NCBI GenBank assembly: GCA_964016885.1
Contig: OZ024756.1
Location: 33,418,001 to 33,482,000, forward strand
Reading direction: 5' to 3'
Length of the DNA: 64,000 nucleotides
Source of the DNA: Eledone cirrhosa
Lineage: Eukaryota
Positions 28,806-52,914 of the stretch are shown here, in pieces. A program made the translations under genes and the position numbers. A model generated the notes under the pieces. That model saw only the letters and a program-made list of their open reading frames with translations, was not told the origin of the DNA and did not search any database. Position 1 is the first letter of the stretch. Every line of letters starts with the position of its first letter.

Positions 28806-28983
28806 AATGGCTTCCCAGAACTGGAACTGTTTCATTCGAAAAAACTCGTCAATAAGGCTTTCCTGATGATCTCCTTCGAATGAAATAGTTCTAGTCCCGT
28901 AGAAGCCATTTCTATATTAAAAGTTATATTCTGCTATGTATTGAGTACCTTACTGACAGTGGTTACCCCCGATTGAACACGGG

Positions 28984-28985
<2 letters not shown>
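28806..28985 (+). mobile_element. Fold-back hammerhead element family A (hammerhead 28856-28907)
   Basis: ggctttc CTGATGA tctccttcgaat GAAA tagttctagtcccG TA gaagcc; inverted arm 28806-28840; tail ending gattgaacacggga. Confidence 0.8.
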
Positions 28986-29054
<69 letters not shown>

Positions 29055-29081
29055 ATATATATAATATATATATATATATAT

Positions 29082-29409
29082 GTAGCACCACTCCACATAA
29101 ATTCCTCAATTTAAGAATGACCTGTAGTATCTATTTCATACTATTATCCTTATTTAAAAATATATCTGACCAAGAATGCCTTTTGTGAAAATCAGTCATG
29201 TGGAACTATTGTCATCTTGCCTGATGGTGTGAACCCTACAGAACCACCTGCCTCTTTGACTTCAAATACCAACCTACTACCATCTACAAACTGACCAATG
29301 AGAATCAAGACTATTCCTGCTGACAACATCAAAGTATTCCTAACAACCTCATATGTCCCAAGGCTCTGATACCATCAACACTATACACACAGAGCTGGTA
29401 TATCTAAGA
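29082..29409 (+). mobile_element. Penelope-like element 3' fragment (opposite-orientation homolog of 36590-36917)
   Basis: Shared ~320 bp; one frame reads ENQSCGTIVILPDGVN, resembling the PxGLN end of PLE GIY-YIG domains. Confidence 0.6.
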
Positions 29410-29436
29410 TAATAATATTTTTTGTATTATTATTAT

Positions 29437-30017
29437 GTTGTATTTTTCATTTATCTGGCTTTATATGCATACCAGTTATCACCAAGTCACAACCAGTGAC
29501 CTCAATAGACAACAAGATCTGCCATGCTCAAGAAAGAACACACATGAATCTTTAGGTGTTTAGACTTGTGATGTATTTATATTGAAAGAAACTTCCTTAA
29601 TATATGGGCAGTTCCCATGACTACTATCTTTTGTATTTCTTCTATACGCGGGTTTCCTGAGATTTGGGATAAGTAATCATTAGACCCCTTAGGTATCACT
29701 CCTAGAGCGCCTACAACCACTGGTATTGTTTTAGTTCTCAATTTCCACATTTTTCCAATCTCTATCTCCCGGTCTTTATACTTGCTCAATTTTTAAAATC
29801 TTTTTACAGATACATTCTTGTCTATTGGAACAGACATATCAATTAGCAGGCATACCCTCTTTTTAAAGTCCTTCAGTATTATATCAGGTCTATTTGCACC
29901 TATTTTTTCGGTCTGTTTGGATGCTAAAGTTCCACAAGATTGAGATGTGATATTTTTCAAGTACGGGAGGTGTTTGATGCTCCCACCAATTCTTTTGATG
30001 GGGTAGGTCAAAATGTT
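29437..30017 (-). mobile_element. R4/Dong-type LINE 3' end (family A), frameshifted (duplicate at 41926-42507)
   Basis: ANRPDIILKDFKKRVCLLIDMSVPIDKNVS..SKYKDREIEIGKMWKLRTKTIPVVVGALG; homologous to ~16400-16990. Confidence 0.93.
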
Positions 30018-30021
30018 TATT

Positions 30022-30063
<42 letters not shown>

Positions 30064-30454
30064 GTCGTCGTCAAAGTGTAACGTGTTTTATCCAGCAGTT
30101 GATACACCGCCTATAAAACACTGCCCTGACCAGAACAACAATGAAGCTAACTGTCCAGTCATGTAATTAAAATATGCGTGATATATATGCAACATCATGA
30201 TAGAACAATAATGAATTCACAGAAATAGAAGTATTTATGTTTAATGGTTGTCACGGAATATAATATTTACCATAATGTTTTGTTAATGTGTAAGATTTGC
30301 ATGTTTGCCAATGTGACAATATTATAGATGTACAGTAATTCTGACCTACACAGACTGGTAACATGCACAAAACCCACACCACCTGAGAATAATTACTGTA
30401 TAATGATAAATAAACGCAAATTATTTAGAATACATATACTGATATTATTATTGA

Positions 30455-30648
30455 ATTGGTGAATTGGCAGTATTGGTAGAAGGGTCGGGTGCCATGATTT
30501 ACAGCATAGAATTACTGCCCTTTACGATCAGAGTTCAAATACCGCCGAGGTTAACTTTGCCTTTCATCCTTACGGAGTCGATGAAATAAAGTACCAGTAA
30601 TGCACTGGAGTAATTGCTGGCCTTGTGCTAAATGTAGAAACAATTATT
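30455..30648 (+). mobile_element. SINE S1, full length, with attattattgaatt flanking repeat (duplicate at 42945-43137)
   Basis: A box tggcagtattgg, B box gagttcaaatac, S1 core. Confidence 0.92.
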
Positions 30649-31377
30649 ATTGAATTCCTTGGTACATCTCTTAAAATAATGTTGTTTGAAAATTATTTAG
30701 TTCATAATTGCAACTATAGATACGATAGTGTGATGTTAAAACTTCAACTCATAAATATTGCATAAATTTAACTCAAAGTTTCGTCATGCTTTAAAGTAAA
30801 CTCTTATTAATAATAAAATGTATGATTAAATTTTAGATAATTTAATATTGTTGAAAAATATTGTACATCATGCAAAATAAATTAATCACCATATAGATTT
30901 GAATCAGTAGAAATTAACGCTTATTTGGATTATTTGCCGACTACAGTTTTTCATACATAATTTAACTAAACAAATCGTCTTCCCAATTTTTTTTCCATTT
31001 CAAATACTATATTTTGTCAGAAACTATGCGAAAGTTATTGCATAAACGTAGATTTAGCATTATTTGCAATAAAAGCCTGATCAAAGCCTGACAGTGAAAT
31101 GACATTTTAACATCTATAGCTCTTAAGACTCAATTGAAATAACTATTACGGATATTTAGAATGATTGCTTATATTTATGAAGTTCGGTCATTCACAAATG
31201 ATGTTGCCATTCAATTGCAGTGGACCTCCGTCAGCAATCAAGGATTACAATTTGAAAAAATTTGAAAAAAACTTCCCATAGGCGCTACTGTTTAACATAC
31301 TGAATGTTGAATATTTTGTGTCGTAATATCATCAACATACATCTACCACGATATGACTACATATGTGTGTATATATT

Positions 31378-31450
<73 letters not shown>

Positions 31451-31668
31451 TATGTATATATATATATATGTATATATGGGGGCATTCGCACGCACGTATA
31501 TGTGTTTATGTGTGGGTGCGTGTGTGCCTGTAAAAAGAAAAAAAAAGAGTTTCAATCGGAATAAGAGGTAACATATATTATTTATTTGGTTCATACACAG
31601 AAAACTTAAGTAGCTTTTATTCTGTGTACGAACATAAATAAATAATGTAATATAACTACTCTTCCAGG

Positions 31669-31735
<67 letters not shown>

Positions 31736-31754
31736 CTCTTCTTCGTAGAATCGA

Positions 31755-31849
31755 GACCTATCTGAGGACCTTGCGATTTCAGAGTCAGGTTCGATAATTA
31801 CATCGATTGTGCTTCGAGCTGGTCGCCAGAGAAACGATTGTAATATGTC
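31755..31849 (+). ncRNA. Hammerhead motif with extended stem II
   Basis: gacctat CTGAGGA (62-nt stem II region) GAAA cgattg TA atatgtc. Confidence 0.65.
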
Positions 31850-32046
31850 TAATTCATTTTAATTCGTCGCAACACTGATTCTCCGTTTCTTATGTGATAT
31901 CATACTCTGCTCTGTAAGAGCATCGAGTACTCAAACGACCTACCGCCTACGGACGCTTTAAGCATCCAACACCAATTATATATATAAATATATATATATA
32001 ATTATATTGCTAGATAGAGGGAGAGAGAAATAGAAGACGTCTACAG

Positions 32047-32120
32047 GACTAGAACTGGTTCATTCGTACGAAATCATTCTCGAGGATTTCATACGAATGA
32101 GACTGTTCTAATACTGTAGT
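32047..32120. mobile_element. Family A fold-back, diverged (duplicate ~43917-43997; short copies at 40130-40260 and 51280-51400)
   Basis: ctacaggactagaactggttcattcgtacgaaatc / gatttcatacgaatgagactgttctaatactgtag. Confidence 0.75.
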
Positions 32121-32247
32121 AGTAATTTCTATATATATATAATAAAGATGCCTATAATCTACCAATGAACTGAGAACTTTTTTAAATGTGGTTAACCCCT
32201 CCTCACATTTCAGGAAGTTACATATATAAATATATATATAAATATAT

Positions 32248-32301
<54 letters not shown>

Positions 32302-32538
32302 TATAATATATACATATATACATATATAATATATACCTAAATATATAGGATAGCAAATTTTCGTTTTAGGTAATCCAGATAGAGGTTGTGAGTACTCTGT
32401 ACTATGGGTAGTATTTGAGTGACGCAAGTTCGAATGATTAGCGGCCTTTAGACACACCTGATCAATGAAACAATTTTTAATACTGTAGATAAACCCTTTT
32501 TGTAGAGCCGACCATGTCATTCTTCACTCTTTCACTAC

Positions 32539-32588
<50 letters not shown>

Positions 32589-32592
<4 letters not shown>

Positions 32593-33060
32593 AGACGTAA
32601 AATACGAAAATTTTTTTTTAAAATTTTAAAAAAATTAACTTACTTACTTAAATTTTCACTCCAACTAATTAGTTTCTGCAATGGGATAAAGACAGTTACG
32701 TAATGAACTGTTGAGAATTTCATTGCGTCATCAGGGAGATCTATTCTCAGCCAAGTCTCCAGGCAATGCGCGGACACTGGGGACTCATATAAAAATAATA
32801 ATAATGACGCAATGAAATTCTCAACAGTTCATTACGTAACTGTCTTTATCCCATTGCAGAAACTAATTAGTTGGAGTGAAAATTTAAGTAAGTAAGTTAA
32901 TTTTTTTTTAATTTTTTTTTTAAATTTTCTTATTTTACGTCTCTTATATTATTGTTCTGCATCCTCCTGCATTGAACCACCTAGGTACTATGACATAACC
33001 TGTGTATTTGCTGGCATTAACGTACATCTGTGCGCTTATGTTAGTAGATATATTAAATTA
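32589..33060. mobile_element. Fold-back hammerhead element family B (hammerhead 32659-32738 minus; duplicate 44497-44970)
   Basis: Arms 32589-32730/32803-32947 plus tail. Minus strand: ctcc CTGATGA cgcaatg..cattgca GAAA ctaattag TT ggag. Confidence 0.85.
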
Positions 33061-33109
<49 letters not shown>

Positions 33110-33147
33110 CATATTTATATAAATATATATATAAATATAGTATATAA

Positions 33148-33181
<34 letters not shown>

Positions 33182-33661
33182 ATGTGTGTGTGTGTGCATG
33201 TGTGTGTGGGGGGTGTAATGTGTGGTTGCGTGTGCAGTATATGCGTTGGAATAAGTGTCTCTCTGTGTGTAAAAGTAATCGTAAGAAGTAATTACTTATC
33301 TAACAATTCATGAATAATTTAATTCGAATTTACTTCAGGCCACATTGATTTCTCTCAACAAAATATGCTCGCCTCTTTCTGCCGCACGTTGTTTCTGTTT
33401 ACTTGATGCATTGGGTAAATGTTTGTTGTGTTGACTCCAGAACCACCTGCAGAAGATAAAAGGTCAAACGAAATATTACATTTAACGCACAACCTGCTGA
33501 GATACGTAAATATCCTCGCTTTAAAATATATATACAGACACGCATAGAGAGAGGATCGTACGCAGTAAAGACACGCGTGCACACATATGTATCTATTTAT
33601 CAATCTGCTTCTTTCTCTCTCGCTCTCCCGCACCTCTCTCTCTCTCTCTCTCACTCTCTCT

Positions 33662-33721
<60 letters not shown>

Positions 33722-33799
33722 ATATATATATATAAACAAATTTATATATATATTAAAATGTTTAAGCTTGTTGAATCCCAACAAATTAAATATAACCTC

Positions 33800-33896
<97 letters not shown>

Positions 33897-33927
33897 GTAT
33901 ATATATTTATATATATACATATATGTG

Positions 33928-34060
<133 letters not shown>

Positions 34061-34093
34061 GTTTATATATATATATATACATATATGTGTATG

Positions 34094-34181
<88 letters not shown>

Positions 34182-34209
34182 TATTTATATATATATATAT
34201 ATTTATATA

Positions 34210-34257
<48 letters not shown>

Positions 34258-34292
34258 TGTGTATGTATATATATATATATATATATATGTAC

Positions 34293-34348
<56 letters not shown>

Positions 34349-36234
34349 AAATAAATATATATATATATATACATATATATTTTTATATATATATATATAT
34401 TTATATATTTATTTATTTATTTATCCATACATATACATATACATATATATAAATATATATAGACATTCATATACATATACATATATACGCAAACATTTAT
34501 ATAACGTAATTGAACTAACTCTTTTGTTTATGGCTCTTGTTATGAAGCAATTATTGCAAAGTTTAATTCCAGCGTGGCAGGAATTTACAAATTAAATGAA
34601 ATGTTACATAAATTTTGAATTCTATGATTTATAAATTTAAAAAAAATATGGAAGTATATGAGAAATTATTTTTATAAATGGCATATCCTGTGTCGAAGAA
34701 AGACTTTTCTACGCACCGATATAGACGTGTTCTGGAGACGTTGATCCTACAGCTCCATTATGTGAAGACTTCTAGAAAAATGGCTCATATTTTTGTTACT
34801 ATAGTCCTCAGTTAGGAAAGTATATATGTGCATTCATATATATATAACAACACAATATATAACTACTCCATTAGCAAAGATTTCAGGACCCTAGACAGTA
34901 TTAACATACGTCTAGTTCGTTCATCAGACTGATGAACGAACTAGATATATGCTAAGGAAAGGACACTACCAGGTTTAATTAAAATGAACCACTATTATCA
35001 GGAGGTACGGCACAAGCTATACCTTGCCTTTCTGCTAGATCTGTATATTCGCTTCTTGTGTGTCATTGACCTCGTATAAATATTTAAATTTAGCTCGTGT
35101 TTTATAGCACTCTTTCATCCATTTTTCAATTCAGGTGTATATAGTAGTGGTGGTGGTTGTAGATGAGATTGTTTTGCTGTGGCTTATATATAATAGAAAT
35201 AATTTGTTGCTGTTACGCAACATTTCATCTTTATTGTTTTCATTAGAAAGCAAAATTTGTGTTGAAATTATTGATCATGGAGTTAATACGTCTTATTTTC
35301 TATTTTAATAAGCTATTGAAAGAAAACTTATTTAACATATCATTATGTAAATTCATACTGCGTCTTGGTTTACATCATAGAATCAACATATAATCACCGC
35401 TCTAATTAAATCATTATTTGTTTGAGAAGACAAGACAGGCTTGCTAATATTAGTGTGTTGATGTCAGGAGCGTAAGGTCAGGAGTTCGATAACCTCACTG
35501 GCGGTGATTTGTATGTACACATAACTTCTGATGGATTTGTACACCAACGTAAATAAAGCACCCTGTCTTGGCAATTTTGAACATGTTGGAGATCATTCCG
35601 CGTCCATGAGGAAATATGATTTCTTCCATATATGGAGAGATAGAGAGAAGGGGGAGTCATATTGAATCTTGATTGAAAGGAATGAAGAAAGAAGATTAGA
35701 GGAAGAAACATCTCCAATATGGGACTGGTACATTTCTTTATCAATATTAAAAGAATGGAAGACATAATTGACGTCGCGTATTAACGAACTAAGAGCCCAG
35801 GGGGCTGGAAATATTATCACATTGGCTAATTCTCACTTTCTAAAGATTTATGTATTAGTAATGCATAACACTCTACTAAAGTTATGAAGCTTTGGTCAAC
35901 AATTCGTGTACAAGGGTATCTTTTAACGTATACCAAACAAGTTTGCTAAGACATTTTATTTCTGGACTTAGTTTTTGTTGCTGTTGTTGTGTTTAGCATT
36001 TAACTAAGCAGTCCAAAGAAGTAAAATGTACAATATTCTCTCTTTTGTGAACAGGTATCAACTATCAAATATTTTATAAATTATAATCATAGATATATCG
36101 TATCTTTATAGGTACAGTACATTTTAGCAAACAAGTGTTTTCTTGGAGGCGGCCATAATGATCGCATCTTGGTAAGATATAATCGAAATTGCACAGGTAA
36201 AATATATGTGTATATATATATAAAATGTATACAT

Positions 36235-36267
<33 letters not shown>

Positions 36268-36269
<2 letters not shown>

Positions 36270-36461
36270 GGAACCAGTAAGACCCCGACAGCTGAGCTCA
36301 AGCCGTTTCGACGGCTAATTCCGTCCAGAATTAGCCGTCGAAACGGCTTGAGCTCAGCTGTCGGGGTCTTACTGGTTCCTATTACCCACTCTACTACCTC
36401 AAGTATTGAGTACTTTGGTGCGTTATGGTCCACCTGGTTCCTTACCACTTTTCCTTCGTGA
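36268..36461. mobile_element. Family D fold-back element, present only in duplicate copy 1
   Basis: Near-perfect palindrome 36268-36382 plus tail; the equivalent site at ~47960-47996 is plain (TA)n. Confidence 0.9.
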
Positions 36462-36480
36462 TATATATATATATATATAT

Positions 36481-36917
36481 AGTGACGAAATATAATGCAA
36501 TTGTATGAACTCATAATCCTTTATTACTGCTATATATATTTCGATGATAGCCATTGAATGGCAATGACCTCATCAGGCAGTTAGTCAGTTCTTAGATATG
36601 CAGCTCTGTGTTTATAGTGTTGAAGGTATCAGAGCCTTGGGACATATGAGGTTGTTAGAATACTTTGATGTTGTCAGCAGGAATAGTCTTGATTCTCATT
36701 GGTCAGTTTGTAGATGGTAGTAGGGTTGGTATTTGACCTCAAAGAGGCAGGTGGTGTTGTAAAGTTCAAACCATCAGGCAAGATGACAATAGTTCCACAT
36801 GACTGATTTTCACAAAAAACATTCCTGGTCTGATATATATTCAATTGGGGTTAATAGTATGAAATTCGATACTACAGGTCATTCTTAAATTGAGGAATTT
36901 ATGTGGAGTGGTGCTAC
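36481..36917 (-). mobile_element. Penelope-like 3' end: PDGLN tail followed by an intact hammerhead at 36526-36581 (duplicate ~47997-48437)
   Basis: Minus strand: ..VILPDGLNFT.., then actgc CTGATGA ggt..gccattcaatggc..atc GAAA tatata TA gcagt aataaa, ending at (TA)n. Confidence 0.8.
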
Positions 36918-37013
36918 TGAAATTTATGTTTATATATATATATAAAATGTATACATATAATATATATATATATGTATATCTGTATATATATGTAATGTAT
37001 ATGTATATGTACT

Positions 37014-37093
<80 letters not shown>

Positions 37094-37191
37094 ATACATA
37101 TACATATACATATCACATATATATATACATATATATACATATATATATATATATGTATATGTATACATTTTATATATATATATATAATATA

Positions 37192-37230
<39 letters not shown>

Positions 37231-37542
37231 GTATACATATACATATATATATATATATGTATATATATGTATATATATACATATACTATATATATGTCTA
37301 TGTATACATATAATATATATACATATATATATATATGTCTATGTATAATATATATAGTATATATATATATATATATACATATACTATATATATATATATA
37401 TATATAAAATGTATACATATAATATATATATATATGTATATATATGTATATATATACATATATATAATATATATATATATACATGATATGAAGCTTAAAA
37501 AACACTTGTGAATAGTGAAGTTTTAAATCAACATATGTGGAA

Positions 37543-37627
37543 ACAACACATCACCCGGTCCGAGAATTGACCTCACAACCTTTCGATTGCAAGGCCAATG
37601 CTCTAACCACTAAGCCATGTGCCTCCA
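37543..37627 (-). mobile_element. SINE S2 5' (tRNA) part (duplicate 48560-48646)
   Basis: Minus strand: ggaggcacatggcttagtggttagagcattggcc..aaggttgtgaggtcaattctcgg. Confidence 0.8.
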
Positions 37628-37674
37628 TATTACCAGTCAGAGATTAGCTTTAAACTATCTCTCGTATTGTATTA

Positions 37675-37694
<20 letters not shown>

Positions 37695-37705
<11 letters not shown>

Positions 37706-38158
37706 AAGAATCAAAGAACTGTTCAAAACATTTTTATGCTTACAACTGTTTCCTCCAAACCGAGGTTTGGATTCTTCGGAGCAATTTATTAATGAATGAA
37801 CACTTATATGACCTCCTTTTCACCCAAGAGACATACAGATACATATGCAAATATTGTGGGTCAAGTACATTACAGCATTAAGAGTGTTCATTCATTAATA
37901 AATTGCTCCGAAGAATCCAAACCTCGGTTTGGAGGAAACAGTTGTAAGCATAAAAATGTTTTGAACAGTTCTTTGATTCTTATATTTCATATAACTGCTC
38001 TGTAAATCATCTGATGTTTTTACATTGAGCTACTTAACTTACTGGTAATAAGGTAGTAATATATTACTGCCTACCACTATTTAGGGTTTGTATAAAAATA
38101 TATATAACTGCAAAAGGTTTTTGTATTTACATAACCATAAATAGTATAATTAATACTA
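37695..38158. mobile_element. Fold-back hammerhead element family C, short arms (hammerhead 37904-37950; duplicate 48745-49207)
   Basis: Arms 37695-37803/37882-37993; tgct CCGAAGA atccaaac..gtttggag GAAA cagttg TA agca; tail to (TA)n. Confidence 0.85.
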
Positions 38159-38292
38159 TATATATATATATATATATATACAGAGAGAGAGAGACGAAAA
38201 GAGAAAGGGAGGATTGAGAAAATCCGACAAAGTGTAATTTGGTAAACGAATAAAAGTAGTCAAGGTTTATAACTATGTTTCATACTATACAA

Positions 38293-38388
<96 letters not shown>

Positions 38389-38402
38389 ATATATATATAT
38401 GT

Positions 38403-38477
<75 letters not shown>

Positions 38478-38684
38478 TATACTGAGTTTTTGTAAATTTA
38501 ATTAATTTTGCCGGATTTCTATATATAACAAAAATCTATTTTCAGGGCAATTTTAATAAATATAGTTTTGCATATAAATTTCTTTATATTGTGGCATATT
38601 TTGGAAAGTTTGTATTTCTTTGTCATTCGTTTAATTCTTTCTCTCTCTAAATCTTCCCTCACATACTTCATATCTTTAGCCCCT

Positions 38685-38747
<63 letters not shown>

Positions 38748-39656
38748 CTCTCTCTCTCTCTCTCTCACTCCTCTCTCCGGAGAATGATAAATAAAACAAG
38801 AATTATGAAATATCCATAGAAACCTCAAGCCCAAATCTTTGTTAATGTTTTGATATATTCAGTGAAATATTTTATCGCTATTGATGTGTGTTTTATAGTT
38901 GTCGATTTCCTCAATAGTATTTGGCGAATTCATTTTATCGTAAATTCAAAATATAAGAAACATTTTGAAACTTTAAATAAAATAAAACTTCCAGAATTAT
39001 ATAAAAGGGAAAAGTGAGAAAAGACACAAAAAACAAAGTCTGGAAATTATATAGAGAAATATTTCATAAAAATCATATAGTTCTCTAAATATATTACCTA
39101 AATTGGATTGAATAAATTTCAAGCTATTGCTGTAACTGAAAGTTATATTTCTAAGAGAAGTATGTTTCAATAAAAATAACATGAAAAATAATATAGTATA
39201 ATATGATATAATATAATATAACATAGTATAATATGGTATATAAACCTCAATATGCTTTGTTAAGCAGAAACGCTGCTCAAAGCAAACTATTTATGAAAAT
39301 GCAAAGAAAACCTGTACTTCTTCTTATACTTTTATCGTTTTTCATATTTCAACTTTAGTATTTATAACATATATTCTAATTCGCCTTGAAATGAGTGAAA
39401 TTGTCAAGTATTTTATTTTGTCTCATATTTTTGAATGCAATTCACTAAGTAAGAATTTCTATGAAATATTCACCTATTAATTCATTTCAAAATAGCAACT
39501 GCTTTCCATTCTTGATATTTCCATCAGAAAGGAAAAATAGCAAAAATAGAGAGAAAATAAGAGGCGAGAAAAAGAAAAACAGAGAATTACACACACAATA
39601 TTGATTAATACTAACGCATGCTTGCATTGCAAAGCTCTCCATAAAACTGTACCACA

Positions 39657-39719
<63 letters not shown>

Positions 39720-39720
39720 A

Positions 39721-39793
<73 letters not shown>

Positions 39794-40106
39794 GTGTATA
39801 TATATATAAGAAATGCATGATATAAAATGTTTTTAATATTTAATTGTTCATAGTGTTCAGATATGTCTTGGCATATACCGTATGTTCAAGTGACAATTGT
39901 TGAATATAGAGTAGTATAATACTAATGTTCTGTGTTCAAACCATGATAGCAAAATGTTAAAATGTGAATATAAGAGGGAGGTATCAAGAAAGGTAACTGT
40001 TTTCGTTACATCTGATAGGTAAAGTTTTATGTCTTCTACTATAATTTTAGTTGGACCAACGACATTTGAGTGGATATCTGAAGACGAAAACTGCACAAGC
40101 TCACCT

Positions 40107-40137
<31 letters not shown>

Positions 40138-40312
40138 AATGTCTTCTACTAGTCCTGTAGAAGCCATTTCTATATTAAATATTTATGCAATGCTATGTAT
40201 TGAGTACCTTACTTATTGTCCTTACCCCCCCCCCCCCTCCCCCATCATTGAAACCGGGGTATACATACATATATATATATGTGTATGTGTGTGCTTGCGT
40301 GTGTTAATGTAT

Positions 40313-40512
40313 NNNNNNNNNNNNNNNNNNNNNNNNNNNNNNNNNNNNNNNNNNNNNNNNNNNNNNNNNNNNNNNNNNNNNNNNNNNNNNNNNNNNNNNN
40401 NNNNNNNNNNNNNNNNNNNNNNNNNNNNNNNNNNNNNNNNNNNNNNNNNNNNNNNNNNNNNNNNNNNNNNNNNNNNNNNNNNNNNNNNNNNNNNNNNNNN
40501 NNNNNNNNNNNN
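40313..40512. other. Assembly gap (200 N)
   Basis: Run of n. Confidence 1.
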
Positions 40513-51459
<10,947 letters not shown>

Positions 51460-52389
51460 ACAATTATATATTAACATATTTATTTCTGTCTTTGACCCTC
51501 TCCATGCTTAAAAGTGTATTTCGGAGGTGCAGTATATATTCCCTATCATCGCAGGTTTCATAAAGATGAAGTCGATAGAATAAATACTAGGCTTCATGAT
51601 AAATGTACTGGGGGAAATGTGATCAATTAAATGAAGGCAATATCTCAGCATCGTCGGAAGCTAATGACTGAAAGCAGTAAAAGAAAATGTTTCGGATACT
51701 TTCCATTCTTCGGAGAAAAATAATATACAGATTAATACAGAGTATTCCGCCAACACATATATGTACCCTTAACATAATTATCACCAAAATTAAGCGTAGT
51801 ACAAGGAGTGTCTATGAGTATCTATGAGTGTCATATTTACCAGCTGCATCGATAGAACCAACGTTAAGTTTAGCATATTACCCACGGACATAAGAAACTA
51901 CTAGGAATTGAACACACTCACGCTTAAACCAATTATTATGTAGAAAAAGAATGAACACATACTTGAATTATTGAATGTATGAAAGATAGAGGTTTTTAAA
52001 TACTGAAACGTTCGTATTTCAGTGAGTTCTTCTTTGGACATTGACAATGTAATGCGACATAGATATTCAGACAGATTCAAAGTACATTAACTGAGAATCT
52101 TGATTCGTAGAGTAAATTCGCTCTGTATCTGTGGTGTTGCTTTCTTGTCTTTTTTTTGTTTCTTATAATTTTAGCAATGTTTTGATTATAATCCGTCTAA
52201 TTTTGTCACGTTCCTGTCTGGAATTACGATTATATGCTGTGAATGTTACTAAAAACACAGTTTACTGCTTGTGATAATGTATTTTACTTGTATTTTACTT
52301 TCTACAGGTAAGTAAAAATTGTATAAATTTGTGACGATTATCACACACCAATATACTTTTAGTTCTGAACCTGCCACTGTAAGGATTTC

Positions 52390-52474
<85 letters not shown>

Positions 52475-52592
52475 TATATATATATATATATACATAGAGA
52501 GGCACACCCACAAACACACACACTCACACACATATATGTATAAATGCATATATATATACATACATACATACATATATATATATATACATACC

Positions 52593-52631
<39 letters not shown>

Positions 52632-52914
52632 AATAGAGAGAGAGAGAGAGGGAGAGAGAGAGAGATAGGGAAATATATAAGCATATTTTTAGCGACCGTT
52701 GTGAGGGTTTTGAATTTTGAATATATGTTATGTTGAAGGTAACAGTTTCAACTCAGGATAACTGGAAAACTCGTGGGTGTAAGTGACGAGTGCCCAATGA
52801 TAACAAAACCATGTTTAAGACTTCCCATTGGTCAAATAATTGGTACAACGTTGGTAAAACGACGGATAGTGAACAACAACAAACAAAAAACTACACATAG
52901 TAAACTTTCATTTA

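Noticed and set aside
35478-35820. Complex-looking minus-strand ORFs (duplicate at 47183-47533)
   Set aside because: Reading frames differ between the two copies through 4-bp indels, and there are no recognisable motifs.
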